In this document: positions 1 through 12,713 of the stretch, piece after piece
Layout of the letters: every line of letters begins with the position of its first letter
Numbering within the stretch: the stretch's first letter is position 1
Source: Phoronis australis
Lineage: Eukaryota; Animalia; Phoronida
Direction: 5' to 3'
Assembly (NCBI GenBank): GCA_002633005.1
Contig: NMRA01000398.1
Coordinates: 319,202 to 383,201 of the forward strand
Length of the DNA stretch: 64,000 nt
The notes under the pieces: model-generated
Told to the model about the DNA's origin: nothing
The model's database searches: none
The model's input: only the letters and a program-made list of their open reading frames with translations
Translations under genes and position numbers: made by a program

Positions 1-1974
1 CTATAGTACATGTAGACGGCTGTTTGCATTTCACTCGCCACACGTTCTCAAAATAACACGTCCACGTTCCATGATTTTTAATGGAAACGTCTGTGTACTC
101 ATGTGGACGATGATAAGAATAAGGCGACATTATCGGGAGAGAAAGGTACTGGTTTTTATGAGAACAGTACACGTAAGGCGAGTTTTTGTTTACCTTGAGA
201 TAAAGAAGTTGTGTAAACCATCACCAATATATTATAACCAAAAACTCACCAATTGAATATTCATAATGCATGCTGTCTGTTGTCTACACAATTATGGCAA
301 CGGCTGCAGCTCCTTTCAAGGTTCACGTCGCCTGTTAACCAAGTTCAGCAGGCTCACGTGTGACTGGCTCTGGATGACTAATTCTGACTTGCAAACCAAG
401 CACATGTCTATCGTGACAACAAACATCAATATTTTCACAGTGAAAAGGAATTAAACCATTTTGATTTCGAGAAACATTACAAAAAGGAGTTTCAGAAGTG
501 AAATGTGTTTAATGTTTACTACAGAAAGTACAGTGTGCTTGTACAATAACCGGATTTAAGCCTGGAAAGGTGAGTCAGTTAAGCAACGAATTATACGGAA
601 ATTCGCTAAGAAATAGAAACTTAGCAACGTTTCTATAAAAGCCACGTTATTATTGGAATCTAGTTCAGGAAACCCATTAACCAAGAAGTTAATCAAGAAC
701 TTAGGGAATTCAGAGTTAGAAAATGCTGTGTTCTCTGAACTTCGTTTACGGTGTATTCATAAAATAATATGAGGAACTGACTGGAAGTCTCTACACAAAT
801 AAAAATGTTTGAGGTCCCTGAAACTTTGTCTAGAAACGTGTCGCTGTTGAGGAACAGTCGCATCTTGATCTGTATACGCTGGTTCCGTGATATTGCGCGG
901 AAGTTGAAGAAGGATTACGATCCTTGGTAAATCTGAAGGAGTGGTATGATGAAAAGAGCAAAATTCGTGAAATACTGGAAAATAAAATTGGTAAAACTGC
1001 ATTTGAAACTAGCTAGCGTCCACAAAAATGTATACATTTTCAGTGTAATGGAGGCGGTATCTACGATCAAAGTGCCCTGATTTTACGAGCCTGGTGCGGA
1101 CAGAGGGTGATATTGAAAGCTAAAATTGGTGAATAATACATAGGTTTATTATAAGAATATAAAAGTACAATATGTCACACTTCTAGTATATCGGTATATC
1201 GGTATATCGGCCGCAGTGTTGTGATTTTAGATACTTTGATACACGGGCAGATCAGTCGCTGTTCATTATTTATATGTGCAGAAACGGAGGCAATTTTATT
1301 TTAGTTATTGTTCCGAAATATGAACAGCAATCAAGATCGAGAGGATCCCGACAATTGCTGGGGACTAAACGCCTTGGCAACCAGGTTCAGGGGAGCCCGG
1401 AAGCTGCACGAATAGTCGGACTTTGGTGTGAGTGAAAGTATAGATGATGACTTCTTGAGCCCTGTGACTGGATCCGAGACAAATGTAGATATGTCTTTCA
1501 CAATAATGTGTCATTATTGTTGTCACTCGATCTTGCGGTTTTGATGAAGGTGTCCCATTTGAAAGGTAGATTGACAGGCGAAATTCCTTTTGCCGCTGTC
1601 AATATTTCCACCAAACTGAGCAAACTAAATGTCTGGTATTGTACGTATCTGAAGCCAATATTTGTAATCGCAAATGATTTAAATCTAACATAAATATAAT
1701 GACATTTTAAGAACAAAAATGAGACGTGCTAATAGAAACTTAAAGCATCGTGATTCGAAGTGTGAAGTCATGCTCAAACAACAACTGCTAAACATTCAAT
1801 TTTGTGTCAGCAGTCGATCAGTTGTTGTTTTGTTTGCAATTTATGTTCCTACGCATTGTGTTAGCGCCAGCCATAGTTCTGTAGTTTTTGTATGTTTCGC
1901 GTATTTTAGCACCGCGACTTGTAGCGGCTTGTCCTTTGCCGATCACGTGATTCACTGAAAGTGGAGTTAAATCT

Positions 1975-2121
1975 GTCCCCCCGTTCAGTAACGCTAGGAC
2001 CTCGCTAAAAAGCGAGGCTTCGCGAGATTACTTGAGATATTGCCGTTTATTTCAAATGAGATCACGTGACTATGACTAGGTCCTAGCGTACACAGGTCCT
2101 AGCGTGTACTGAACGCACGCC
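1975..2121. mobile_element. Short MITE-like element (TIR GTTCAGTA-ACGCTAGGACCT); second copy inverted at ~62203-62346
   Basis: Starts gttcagtaacgctaggacct and ends aggtcctagcgtgtactgaac (inverted repeat). The internal sequence (ttacttgagatattgccgtttatttcaaatgaga) matches the reverse complement of 62260-62310. Confidence 0.7.
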
Positions 2122-4280
2122 TGGATAACTAGGTCACCTTCGAGTGAATACCAGGCAACCTCGGGTTAACCGCGATTCAAACTTTTAGAAACTGCACAGA
2201 GGGGTTGGACTAAGCTTGTGCGAAGGGATTGGGACGAAATATCAGAACAATTGGGTATAATTTTTAGCAAGTTCATGAAATTTTGTTGAACTCATCACAA
2301 GATTTTAAAACAGGTGACCCGGGCTTCGGTTGGGGAACAAACTTTCGGACGCTTCGCTGCTGAATTTGATACTTAGTTTCCTCCACAGTGATATTATAAC
2401 AATTTTGAAACTGGTCAGAACATTGATATGACACTAAATGACTGCCGATTCATTCGGCACGCGTGTGCTTTAACAAACAATAGGACAGACGCCTCGCATT
2501 ATGGGAAAAGTTCAACGGGAGATTTGGTTTGATTGAGAAGTTGCGCGTCTTCTCTCTAGAAAACAACACTAATTTATATTTTGTTGAATGCGCCGCTCAT
2601 ATTTTTTAATGACGTTTTTTTAAAATAGATTGAAAGCGAAATGGCAAGCCTTGTGTTCATTGGCGAGACTAGAAACCTACACTCAGTCGAAATTCTAGGA
2701 GTTGGGTGGCACTGATTTCAAATAATTTCGCCCTGTTTTGCTGGTTAAAATAAACTCTAGACCATTCACTCTCATAAGACCGGCCTCTCTCATAATATTC
2801 GCTAACGTAGGAAATTCAAATTCCGTTAGTAACAAGAACATTGAAAGGCTTAGCGATCCAGAAAACCCGTTGGAATCGACTAGAGTTGTCTAAACCCTTA
2901 AATTATTAAATGGATAATGGCGAAGTTACGCATTGTGTGGGACTTGAGTTTCCTGCACCTTAAAGACCAGTAAATACTCCACTTAAAGGATTAATGCCAC
3001 CCGATTTAATTAGACTTTTTACTGTCTAAAAGGAGAATGCCACCCAAAAAACAAGCTATTTTGTATCAATTTAGAACGAGTAGTTCTACATGATAACGGC
3101 AGGTTCGGTTGCGTTACCTGACACCTGACGGCAGACAGAGGTGTTAAAATTATCCAATGACGTAATTGGTTTCACACGCTGTCTATTCAGCAGTTCACAA
3201 CACAGGTTAGTGGTGTCAGCTTATCGCTTGAATTCATCGTTTAACACCAATAAATCACCAAACGTCGATGTAAAACCCTTAAAAATACACCGAGTTCTTA
3301 CAACAACGTGTTGTTTTATTTCGCTATTACAGATTTACTGGTATTTGAATACTTTGTAGCCTACAAATTTCGGCAGGCCAATACCAAGGTCCGTAGCAGG
3401 AGTTTGGGGTCTGTTCGAAGATAAATTCGAAGTATTCTTCCGTGAAATACACACCGGAGAACCTACATGTAGATCTAAGTGTGTTGTTTATACTTGTCAT
3501 TTTGTGAGTTCTAAACACACAAAACGCTTGTTATCCCGGCCAGTGGCTCGGAACCCGATCAGGCCCGTCGCGGCCAGACTGACTCGTTAACCCGGCCTGT
3601 GGCTTTGAACCCGATCAGGCCCGTCGCAGCCGCCGGACTGACACGAACATGAACCATCTTGAGTTGGAAATTAAACCTCCCGTCACGAAAAGATTATAAT
3701 AGTGAGCCAAAGAAACAATGTGCACGGACTTAATTATTTTTGTCAAGTAGCCCGGGCCGAAACTGAAAATCTAGGCCTACATGTACTTAGGCCTACGTGT
3801 ACTTGTCGGGGGCTGCGAAGTCGGTTTCCCCTTCCACAGATCGTCAGCGCAAAGGTTGTACAGTAACGATGATTTGAATAATGTATTTGCATTTCTACAT
3901 GTAAATAAAGATTCCCCTAACATGCGACGATAGCATATAAAATCGAGCAATTGTTTCACAACTGCTCTCTGTCAGCAAACACTGAATTAGCATGCGCTCA
4001 CACGGCCTCGGTGCCCGGTCAATTACCTTTGTCGCCGGCATCAAAAGCCGGTAACGCAGTGGTTTGTTCATTGCTGACTTCTCAAACCATTTGCACTCAC
4101 GAGCAACCCAAAGGCAATACAAATTGTATCTAATGAGACAGACTATGCTTCAGTTTCATATAAGCTGCATTGGTTAGGATAATTTAAGGTTGAGAATAAT
4201 TCATTGTGAAACAGAATGTAGAATAATAAACGTATACATTGCAACTCGCCGGCGCCAATCCCGACTTAGTCAAGAGCTCG

Positions 4281-4379
4281 TCCAACGAAGACTGCACAGA
4301 TGTATCGTTAGGTTTCACAAGTTATCAGTTCGAACCTCAAAACACTGATCAAGCAATACGTACTAGACAGGCGCCGTGA
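4281..4379 (+). pseudogene. KolX / P2X7-C-terminal-like N-terminal remnant
   Basis: Translates SNEDCTDVSLGFTSYQFEPQ..., resembling the acidic segment plus YMFEPE motif of ORF 28399. The Cys-rich part is absent. Confidence 0.4.
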
Positions 4380-4419
4380 ACATGCACAGGCAAGGGAAAC
4401 GTATGGATAGTTCTTTGGT

Positions 4420-4670
4420 AAGCCGGAATTCGTCAGAGAAATCACTGTCGCAAAATGCCGGCCACAGACACGGAGATGCTTCACGTCCTCATACTTGCTA
4501 TTAACAGCAAACCGTTCATTTTTTACTACCGCGAGTCACTTCTTAAGCATTTCGGGCTTTCGAGGAAGTCGAAAAAACGATAACACCACTTTCTTCTCAT
4601 CTTCATAGTTCGGACAAGCGGGAAGCGATGCACCGCAATATAGCGGCATTCACAATGCAGAAGAACCACT
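4420..4670 (-). pseudogene. Degenerate THAP zinc-finger (Kolobok transposase N-terminus)
   Basis: Minus-strand translation with frameshifts/stop: CPNYE...SFFRLPRKPEMLKK*LAVVKNERFAVNSKYEDVKHLRVCGRHF. Aligns to LHRFPMDDTLRRTWLVRVKNAALPVHATYKAVENYRVCGKHF of ORF 28811-29740. Confidence 0.75.
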
Positions 4671-4897
4671 GACGTCGCTGCGTCGTTTCGCTCCCAAAGT
4701 TATTACGACACCTCTCGGCAAGGTGAGGTCGACCTATAAGAAGCGATGAAGATATAGACCGATTAAGATGGTAAAATGACTAATTAAATCGGACGGCATT
4801 CTCTTTTAATCGGCCAATATTCACATACCCTCATACGGTCGACCTCACCTTGCCGAGAGGTGTCGCGTTAACCTGTGAGGAAGGCGAGAATCGACGC

Positions 4898-5040
4898 AGT
4901 GGTTCATCTGCAGAGTGAATTCCACTTGTGCAAACTATGAAGCTGCGAGGAAAGCGGGTATATCGTTTTTTCGTCATACCCGAGCGCCCGAAATGCCTAG
5001 GAAGTGGCTCGCGGTAGTGAAGAAAGAAAATTACTCTCAC
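4898..5040 (+). pseudogene. Degenerate THAP zinc-finger remnant of the outer Kolobok element
   Basis: Translates CRVNSTCANYEAARKAGISFFRHTRAPEMPRKWLAVVKKENY. It is an inverted paralog of 4520-4670. Confidence 0.65.
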
Positions 5041-8000
5041 TGAAGAAAAAATGGCTGATGAGGTGGTGGAAGTACATGTAGTTACCGTAATATAGTGTGT
5101 TCGTTGGCATAATCCTTCAAATCTGGTTTATGGAGCTTCAAAGGCATATCGAAACCATGCAGCAAGCAATTGAAGCACTGACTGCTTGCAGCAAGTCCAT
5201 AGCAAGCCATTTGCAATATGTTAAAGTCACCGACCCAGTCCCTTTCAGTGACAGTGCTGAAACTGAAAGTGGCAGCTGATTCTTGCCAGGGTCAGAGTGG
5301 GCTTGTTTACAACAGTTTGCCCCCACCCCCCAGTTTGTGGAAATCGTCGATCTCAGCATGGAATCCGATGGATGCCAAGGAAAAGAAAGATATGTGCCCA
5401 CCTTCAATATCAGAAAGGCTCTAAGGCTAAGCCCAAGCTTGAGTTTGGAATGTAAGTGGAAATACAGTCAACAAAGAATTTCTGGAAGAACAGAATGTAT
5501 CGATTCCAGTTGGGTCAGGTAAGTTGTTATGCAACTGCAGGTCATCAATACTCTATACCTGTTGATAACGACTTTATTATATTTACTTTCGCAACTAGAG
5601 TCTGACTGCAGTCGCCATGAAGGGCACAACCCTACATGAAGTAAAGCTAAGAACCAATATGATCACATTGGTTCCTAGAGTAAAGCGACACTCGAGTACT
5701 AGATTAATTTTTGTAACTTCTTCCAGTACTGACTTGTATTAGTAAAATATTCACTTTATCTCAATATTTAGGGTTTGTCGAAATACATTCCATTTTATGA
5801 ATCCGCATGTGTAAGAAGTGGAAATTTGGTGTCCGTTATCAAAAGATTTATCGAGCCCTTATCTCCTAGCTGACACCAATTTCTCATCTAATTCACCTGT
5901 AGTCACTTCTGATTGGTCACATTGCTCTATCTGTTTAACCATAGATACATAATTTTCCAAATATGCAGTGGAGCCCCATTACAATGGGGCCTAATTTAAT
6001 TAACATGGCTAAGCGTTTACCAAAGAAGTTAGCCACTGTTGTTGAGCTTACTACAGAAAGAGTTCTAGTAAGTAGGTAGTTAATGAACTGGAGTGTTGTT
6101 GCACAAAACCTTTTTCTGAGATTCTTGGTTCCCGGATTAAGTGCATCAACATTTAATGATCGCAAAACAGTAGTTGTAGTATATTTTTATTTCAGTGCAT
6201 TCAGCGAATTTTGCGTATCGGAAGTTTTACTGCACAAGTTGTCCATAGTTACAGGAGTATGTAACTACAAGGTTTGCAAATTGCCTCAAATATAAACAGG
6301 GCTGGTACGCTTGTAAACTGCGCGTTGACTCAAAAACTGGTGACGGTCTCACTAACTCATCTGCTAGGAAACATTACTGATGGACTGTAACACTGTCCTT
6401 GTATTTGCAGACAAAACACTTTGCATGTATGCTGTATTTACTGTCTTGTCAACCATGTTTCTCAGACAAAGTGGATTTGGCTCCACGCACTGCGATTTTT
6501 GGGTGCACAAGTTATGTTTTGAGAGTTTGGGCCAGAGCTTGTGAGTCAATGGATAGCGTTAACAGACTTTGAACTATGTTTATTTGAGGAGCTATGTTCA
6601 TAAGTGCACAGTCTGTTTAGTTTTGTGCCAGTTATTTCACCACAACTGTCAACATTTGAAAATTCCTCTGAGAGGGAAGACTGCTTGTAATGAAAGCTTA
6701 GGTACTCCAAATAGGTCATAACAGGATTTTTATAGTTGCTCCGGGTTGTTTTAGTGACCACTTAGGCTAATTTTGAAAGGTGCATTTAGCTAAAAATATT
6801 GAAGATGCAATTGTATTCCTTTTAGCCTGAAAATCATGTACTAAAACATAAAATTTTCTCAATCAGCATCGTGGCATGAAGAGTGTTGGATCTTGTCTTA
6901 ACTTAATGGCATTTCGAAGCCGTGGCAATGCTATATATCAAAATTGATGGTTCTCCAGGTTTTAATTAGCAGTGAACTTACATTTTGATTAATTGACAAC
7001 ACCTTTTGTTTTGAGTGCTGCTTGCACACAATGAGGGTTACATACATATGTGAGTGGCCATCTTGCCAAGCTATTTTGAATGGTGAAAGTAAATACTTTG
7101 GGGAAAAGCTATTTATGGAAAATATAATTCTTGTGTTTACGGATTAAGTTGCATATAATTGTAATATTTACAGGCAAAATTTTCAAGTGGAAACGAGGGG
7201 GACCAACCATCATTCTGGCTGCCCAAAGATCCATAAGTCAAATCAGTTTCTCACTGCTGCATCTGATGAAAGAGTCAACCCTGTTAGGACCCAGCTTCTA
7301 ACTGACATCGATGAAATTGCTGAAAGATCCTAGCGATATTACAAACAAAAAGCCAGCAAAGTATTATCTGTAACCCATGAATGTATTGCTCCTGGTCATA
7401 GTGATGTTCTGAAGAATGTCTCTCACCTAAGCAGATTAAATATTTTCCCATTTACATGTAGCAGCACTCAATCATTCTGGGAATCTCGCACAGTTTGATG
7501 CCTTTGGAATGAAAAGAATCGCTGAGGAAGACCGTCGATTTGAACTGTGACAAAAGATTGTTGAGTCAATGGAATTGCCGCAGTAGCACATTTTTCATGT
7601 ATACAAGACTCAGAGACATTTGAAATACAGTATGTCAAAAGTAGTCAGACAAAATGCTATTTCCATTTTGTGACGTGTCATCTGTGCTGACTAAAGGTGT
7701 CTAATTGTACACCTAATTTGCTCGCATTTTGTAAATGTGACCACATTTGTTCTTTTCTATTTACTTGATTTATGGCGTGTAATTTGCCTGTGTCCTATAT
7801 CAGCCTCAATATAGAATTACTATTCTCTAAACTACTTTGGTTTTTGTTTAATGTTTGGCTATCTTATCGTTTTGCCACATAAGTACAGTATAACCTGCTC
7901 TGCTGCATATCTATGTCTAACATAATAAACAATAATTTAAATCAGGACAGTTTTTAAATATTGTCCACCTTTGTTCCAAAATGTCTTTGCAGGATTACCC

Positions 8001-8185
8001 AAGTTCACGTTAATGCAGTCGGAATGTTAACTTTGTGTATTTTATTTTTGTTTTGCTGCACGTGCTTTGTCTTATGATTTTTCAATGAAGTAGCTGACAC
8101 TACATGTATTAGTCTCGAGACTTCTGAATTTTTGGAGTCTGACTGATGGTAGGCAGCAAACACCATTGCATACCCATACTAAACT

Positions 8186-8479
8186 CGGGCGAATCCAGAA
8201 TTTTGAGTTGGGGGGCAGGGTACAGAATTTCGCCACATCCGCGCGCCCACCCTAAAATGTAGGGATGCAGGGGTCTCGAATTTTTGGGTTTGTTGACCTT
8301 ATTACTAAAAAAATCCGGTAAACGGGGTTTGTTCAAGGCCAATGCATTGAGCATTCGCCCCCGGAGCCCCCTGGGTGCGCGCATATGCTAGTCAGCAATT
8401 CGTGCCCCAAACTGACAAATGGTATCTGGGAGAATTTTAGGGGGGCATGCCCTTGGCCCCCTCCTGGAATCCGCCATTG
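8186..8479. mobile_element. MITE-like element with GGCGGATCCAG...CTGGATCCGCC-type termini; related end at ~46368 and ~50259
   Basis: Left gggcgaatccagaattttgagttgggggg; right ccccctcctggaatccgccattg. GC-rich relative to the flanks. Confidence 0.5.
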
Positions 8480-11400
8480 AAACTGTGATAGATGCAAAAA
8501 ACATCTGAACTGATTTTCTGCAAACTTGCGTGTGAAATACTCGGTTTCATGTGTTTTTTATGAAATTGTCTACGAACCTTACGCAAATACATCATCCTAT
8601 GCGTTGTCGGTGAAAACTAAAAAACATTGGTATCCATAGTGCGAGAATATTCAGACATCCATATGCACATTTGGGCGTGTGCCGTTCGTAAGAAAAGTTA
8701 TTCAACAACGCAAGATCAGTTTGTGTAACCTCATTTCACAGCATCTATCTCGTACCATTTCAATATATCTCTTTTTTATGACTAACTACTTTGCTGTCTG
8801 ATTTGTTCGGGTTTAGTGATATACACTGTATGGAGATGCAGTTGTCTCCCTCCGGCCCAATACACCTATTATTCTTTTTTATAAAATTCGTTGAAATGAG
8901 ATGCGTCAGGACACGATCAACCGACTTCGAGAACATTAGAAAACTAAATTTCAATCAGACCCACACATTAAAATGTCAGTATTCGAGTTCTCAGTTATGT
9001 ATAACTAGACTTACTTTATAGATTTTTTACTCAACCGTAATGCATTTTGAAACGGTGACTATATGCTCATGCTATTGGCAGCGTTATCGTCAGGGTCAAA
9101 GGAAACCAACATGCCTTGTTGTGCTTCTCATTATTTTCTGTAAAGTAACAAAATTAAAGCTCTCTTGATATGTTCGATCGCCTGTTTTAAGATTTCAAAA
9201 CTGTATTTTGAATCCTCGCACACATTTGTTACTACGCAGACATTGGCCAGGTGCACAATTTTGGTGAGGTGCCCTATTTCTAGAGCCCGATGCGGTATGA
9301 AGAAGGGTAATTGCCTAGACTTTTTATGGTTTTATTTTGTAGAGCTAAGATCAATCTAAACACTGGTTGTAGTTTTGTTGTTTTAATTTTGGCTTCAGTT
9401 GAGATATTGAGGCAGGAAATAGGGCAATTTTCAACATTTTGGAATCACTGCAAACTAGCTAAACTGGTAGCCTTCAAAAACGGCTAAGCTGTAACTGAAA
9501 CCGTGACATTTTCTATGACTGGCCAGTTGAAAGACATCCTAGTTCAGTGATAAACTTGAAGTGTTTCATTTTGCACTATTGTTCTCAAGGTAAGTTCGCA
9601 AAAAGTGCCAAAATGTAGCTGTTACGAGGCTTGGAATTGGCAGAAAAACAACACGTTCCCATAGCAACCACAAGTTGGCGCACGCAAAAAAACTAATGTT
9701 GGTATGAAGGTTGGGGCATCAACCCCTACCACCATGCAAACAATCGAGGAAATCCGTGACATAGCCTTTATCACTTTTTGCCTGGTCCATTCGTGGACGT
9801 GCTCTTAAGCTGTTCGTGATCGATGTCCAGTCCCGGCGGCAGCGACTGCCTGATCGGGTTCCGGCCCACTGGCGGGAAGTGTTTAGAACTGAAAACATCG
9901 CAAAACTAAAAGTACAACACACAGCTATGTTCCCCCGTCTGTATTTCAGAGAAAATTGATTCGAATTTTTCACCAAACAGAGCCCAATTTCCGCTATCGA
10001 CCTTGTTAAATAGGCCTACCAAACTCTGTAGGCTACGGCGTTCAAATACCTATACATCCATAACAGTGAAATAAAACAACACGTTTGCTCAAAATCACGA
10101 TGTAATTGTAAGGGGTTTACATCGAATTTTGATGATTTATTGGTGTAAAACGATGCATTCAAGTGATAAGTTGACACCAGTAAGCGTGTTTTAAACGACT
10201 GAACAGACTGCGTTAGAACCGATTACGTCAACACCTCCGGATATGCCGTTAGGTGTCAGGTAAAACAACTGAACTGGCTGTTATCGAGTAGAATTACTAG
10301 ATATAAATTGATACAAAATAGTTTGTTTTTGGTGGTAATCTCATTTAAGACTTCAACACTGACTACTAAACGGCAACAAGAATGCCTCGTGATTTTTATT
10401 ATACTATCTGTTTGCAAGAAGTACATGCACATGTAGGCACGTTACTGAGGTTAGGATAGTGATTATGTACATGTATTAATCCACAACAGAAAAGGCGAAG
10501 ATGATAGCATTTGAATAGGTTCCATCCTATCCGTCACTGGCATAGATTCTGGAAAACTTAAAACCTTAGAATGACTGGGTAGATTCCAAAATTGTTTAGA
10601 ATGAGCTAGAACTGGTGAAAGGTCCAGAAGATTTCAACACAGTAATCTGTCTTCAGTCTAACAAAAAACCAAAAGCTATTAGCATCGGTCAGTGATGACC
10701 TACGTTCACCATCATCCACGGGAGAAAGCGTGACATTAAAAAGTAATAAATTTTGATTTGGACCATTGCAGCTACAAAAGCTGATTTCAAACTTACTCAG
10801 ATGAAAATTTTGTTTTTGGTCTTGAGAATGTGTTCGGTGAATAGAATGAAACTCTGTGACAACTCAAATTGTGAATCCTTTTTAAAGCAATGATGTAAAC
10901 TGTGAATTCTTTACAGTATTGACCCTTGCTTTGATAGAGGAACAATTTGAGATCAATTTCATAACTTTATGTAGTCTTTTGAGGTGAAAAAGATGGTTAA
11001 ACTACAATTAACCGTGCGTTATAATTGTTGAGGACGTTTTTTCAAGATGATTTGTTAAATCATGCCAATGCGTAGAAAATAGTCTGAAGTAATGTTGAAT
11101 TATCAGTTAGAAACACTTTTTATATGAGTAAAGAAACGACGATTAAACTGCCTTTTTAAGCAAAGCACCGACAACATCGGCTAACATGTATCGGGCGGGA
11201 CCTTTCGATATCAAATCTAACACCTGACGTGTCAACGTTTTTCACAATCTTTAATTCCATTTCCGTCGCAATACTAGTGATTGATGCCACAAGATTTCAC
11301 AGGTAGGCCTTGGCAACACCTTCTAACGGTCAGAGGAAAAGCGCATTGTCTGGTCTCTTGTTTCTACTCTATGTCAAAATGAATCTGGCTTGATAGGCCG

Positions 11401-11756
11401 AATCGAGGTAAGGAGTCACATGTGATTTGTTGCCTACTTTCGTTTGTTTTGTGAATGTCGCGTGCGCCAATAGGGCCGTCCCAGATTACACTCGAATATA
11501 GCTGTATTTACCCGCAATGCCCTAAATATCCGCCAGGCATATTTGCTGCCTTGTGTTCATGCCATTGAAGTTTCACATGTTATTAGTTGCTGTCTGATTC
11601 ACAGGTTTTCTCAGTTGCATTACTCGATTATTCGTCCTAACGATGCCAAAGAAGTATTACTGCTGTACCGCAGGCTGCAACTCCGACATGGGAAACTTTG
11701 ATAAACTGGACAAATATCCGTGGGAAGTGTAATGTGAACTTCTTCGCCTTCCTGGG

Positions 11757-12477
11757 TGTCACGTTTTCTCCGTGTGTGGGTGGGCGCAGGTTGTTACAGA
11801 CCGGTTCTAACAGCTTTCGGTGACATGATTGACTGAAGACTGGTTCGACTTAATCCTTTATTAAACCCCACCGTACGTTCACAAGCCCACTCAAACAAAA
11901 CGCTATGTCTGTTTATGCTCCAGCCAGTGCTACGAAGCCTTGACTTGTGATCAACTTCTGAGACACGTTCAGCAACTGTTAACACTCGTCAATTCAATAA
12001 ACTGCTGTCTCTATAGCTGGCTCTCTATTGACTATCGCTGTAACTGCTGATTCTCTTCACTGCAACTCAACTGTAATACTCCCGATTAACTTTCTACTTT
12101 CTTGAACTGACTAATACAAACCAGGGATTGGGTATTTTTGACTAATGCAATGTTTTAAAATATTTCATCAATTCAAGCACTTTCCAGGACTTTTTGGAAT
12201 CTACCGCATCATTCAACAAACATATACTACACTCTAGAATATTCCAGAATCCCTTAATAACTGTCATGCTAGAGTATACTAGGAAGTTCCACACTAAACT
12301 GTAGTAAACAAATGTTATCATCACTGTACTGATAACAGTCTTCTAGAAAGTTCCATACGATTCTGCAGTAAACAAATTACAATAACAACATCACTGTACT
12401 TAACTCAGGGGTCATGCTAATAAAACAGAACAACAAAACAAAACAATACAACTAAGAACATTGTCTACATTCTGACA
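11757..12477. mobile_element. Solo LTR-like insertion (TGTCA...TGACA, imperfect 5-bp TSD CTGGG/CTGAG)
   Basis: Absent from the paralogous site at ~51545-51555. Has TG..CA inverted termini, AATAAA motifs and internal short tandem duplications. Confidence 0.65.
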
Positions 12478-12713
12478 CTGAGATAAATGAAAGACACGAA
12501 AATGTGCCTGATTTCTAAAACCATGTCATGCGCTTTCTTATTCCAGGGACAAAGGTGAATTCAATCGCCGTGTAATACGGGAAGGCCCTATTAGACCACT
12601 TCCATATATTTTGCCTGTGTGAAAGATTTTTTTGCAACGTCGTAAGTGAACATTGGAATGATTACGAGACAAGGATACATGTACACGTACGAAAACGGCA
12701 ATACAGTGCTGGT

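Larger units (their letters stand above)
3031..4805 (-). mobile_element. Old internally deleted Kolobok-type element nested in inverted orientation inside a relative
   Basis: Bounded by TAAA(3027-3030)|AGGAGAATGCC and GGCATTCTCTT|TTAA(4806-4809). Contains a KolX-like YQFEP remnant (+) convergent with a THAP remnant (-), the same layout as the element at 28065-30005. Confidence 0.65.
2987..10344 (+). mobile_element. Old, degenerate Kolobok-type DNA transposon (outer element), interrupted by a related element at 3031-4805
   Basis: Left end is TTAA(2983-2986)|AGGATTAATGCCACC; right end is GGTGGTAATCTCAT|TTAA(10345-10348). 9800-10344 is a diverged reverse complement of 3031-~3660. 2987-3026 joined to 4810-5040 is a reverse complement of the right end of the inner element. 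A THAP remnant lies on + at ~4898-5040. The interior 5050-9800 could not be interpreted. Confidence 0.6.

Noticed and set aside
5097-7600. Short ORFs and possible exons inside the outer Kolobok element (e.g. MELQRHIETMQQAIEAL, AALNHSGN)
   Set aside because: Could not be joined into a consistent spliced frame or matched convincingly to a family by eye.
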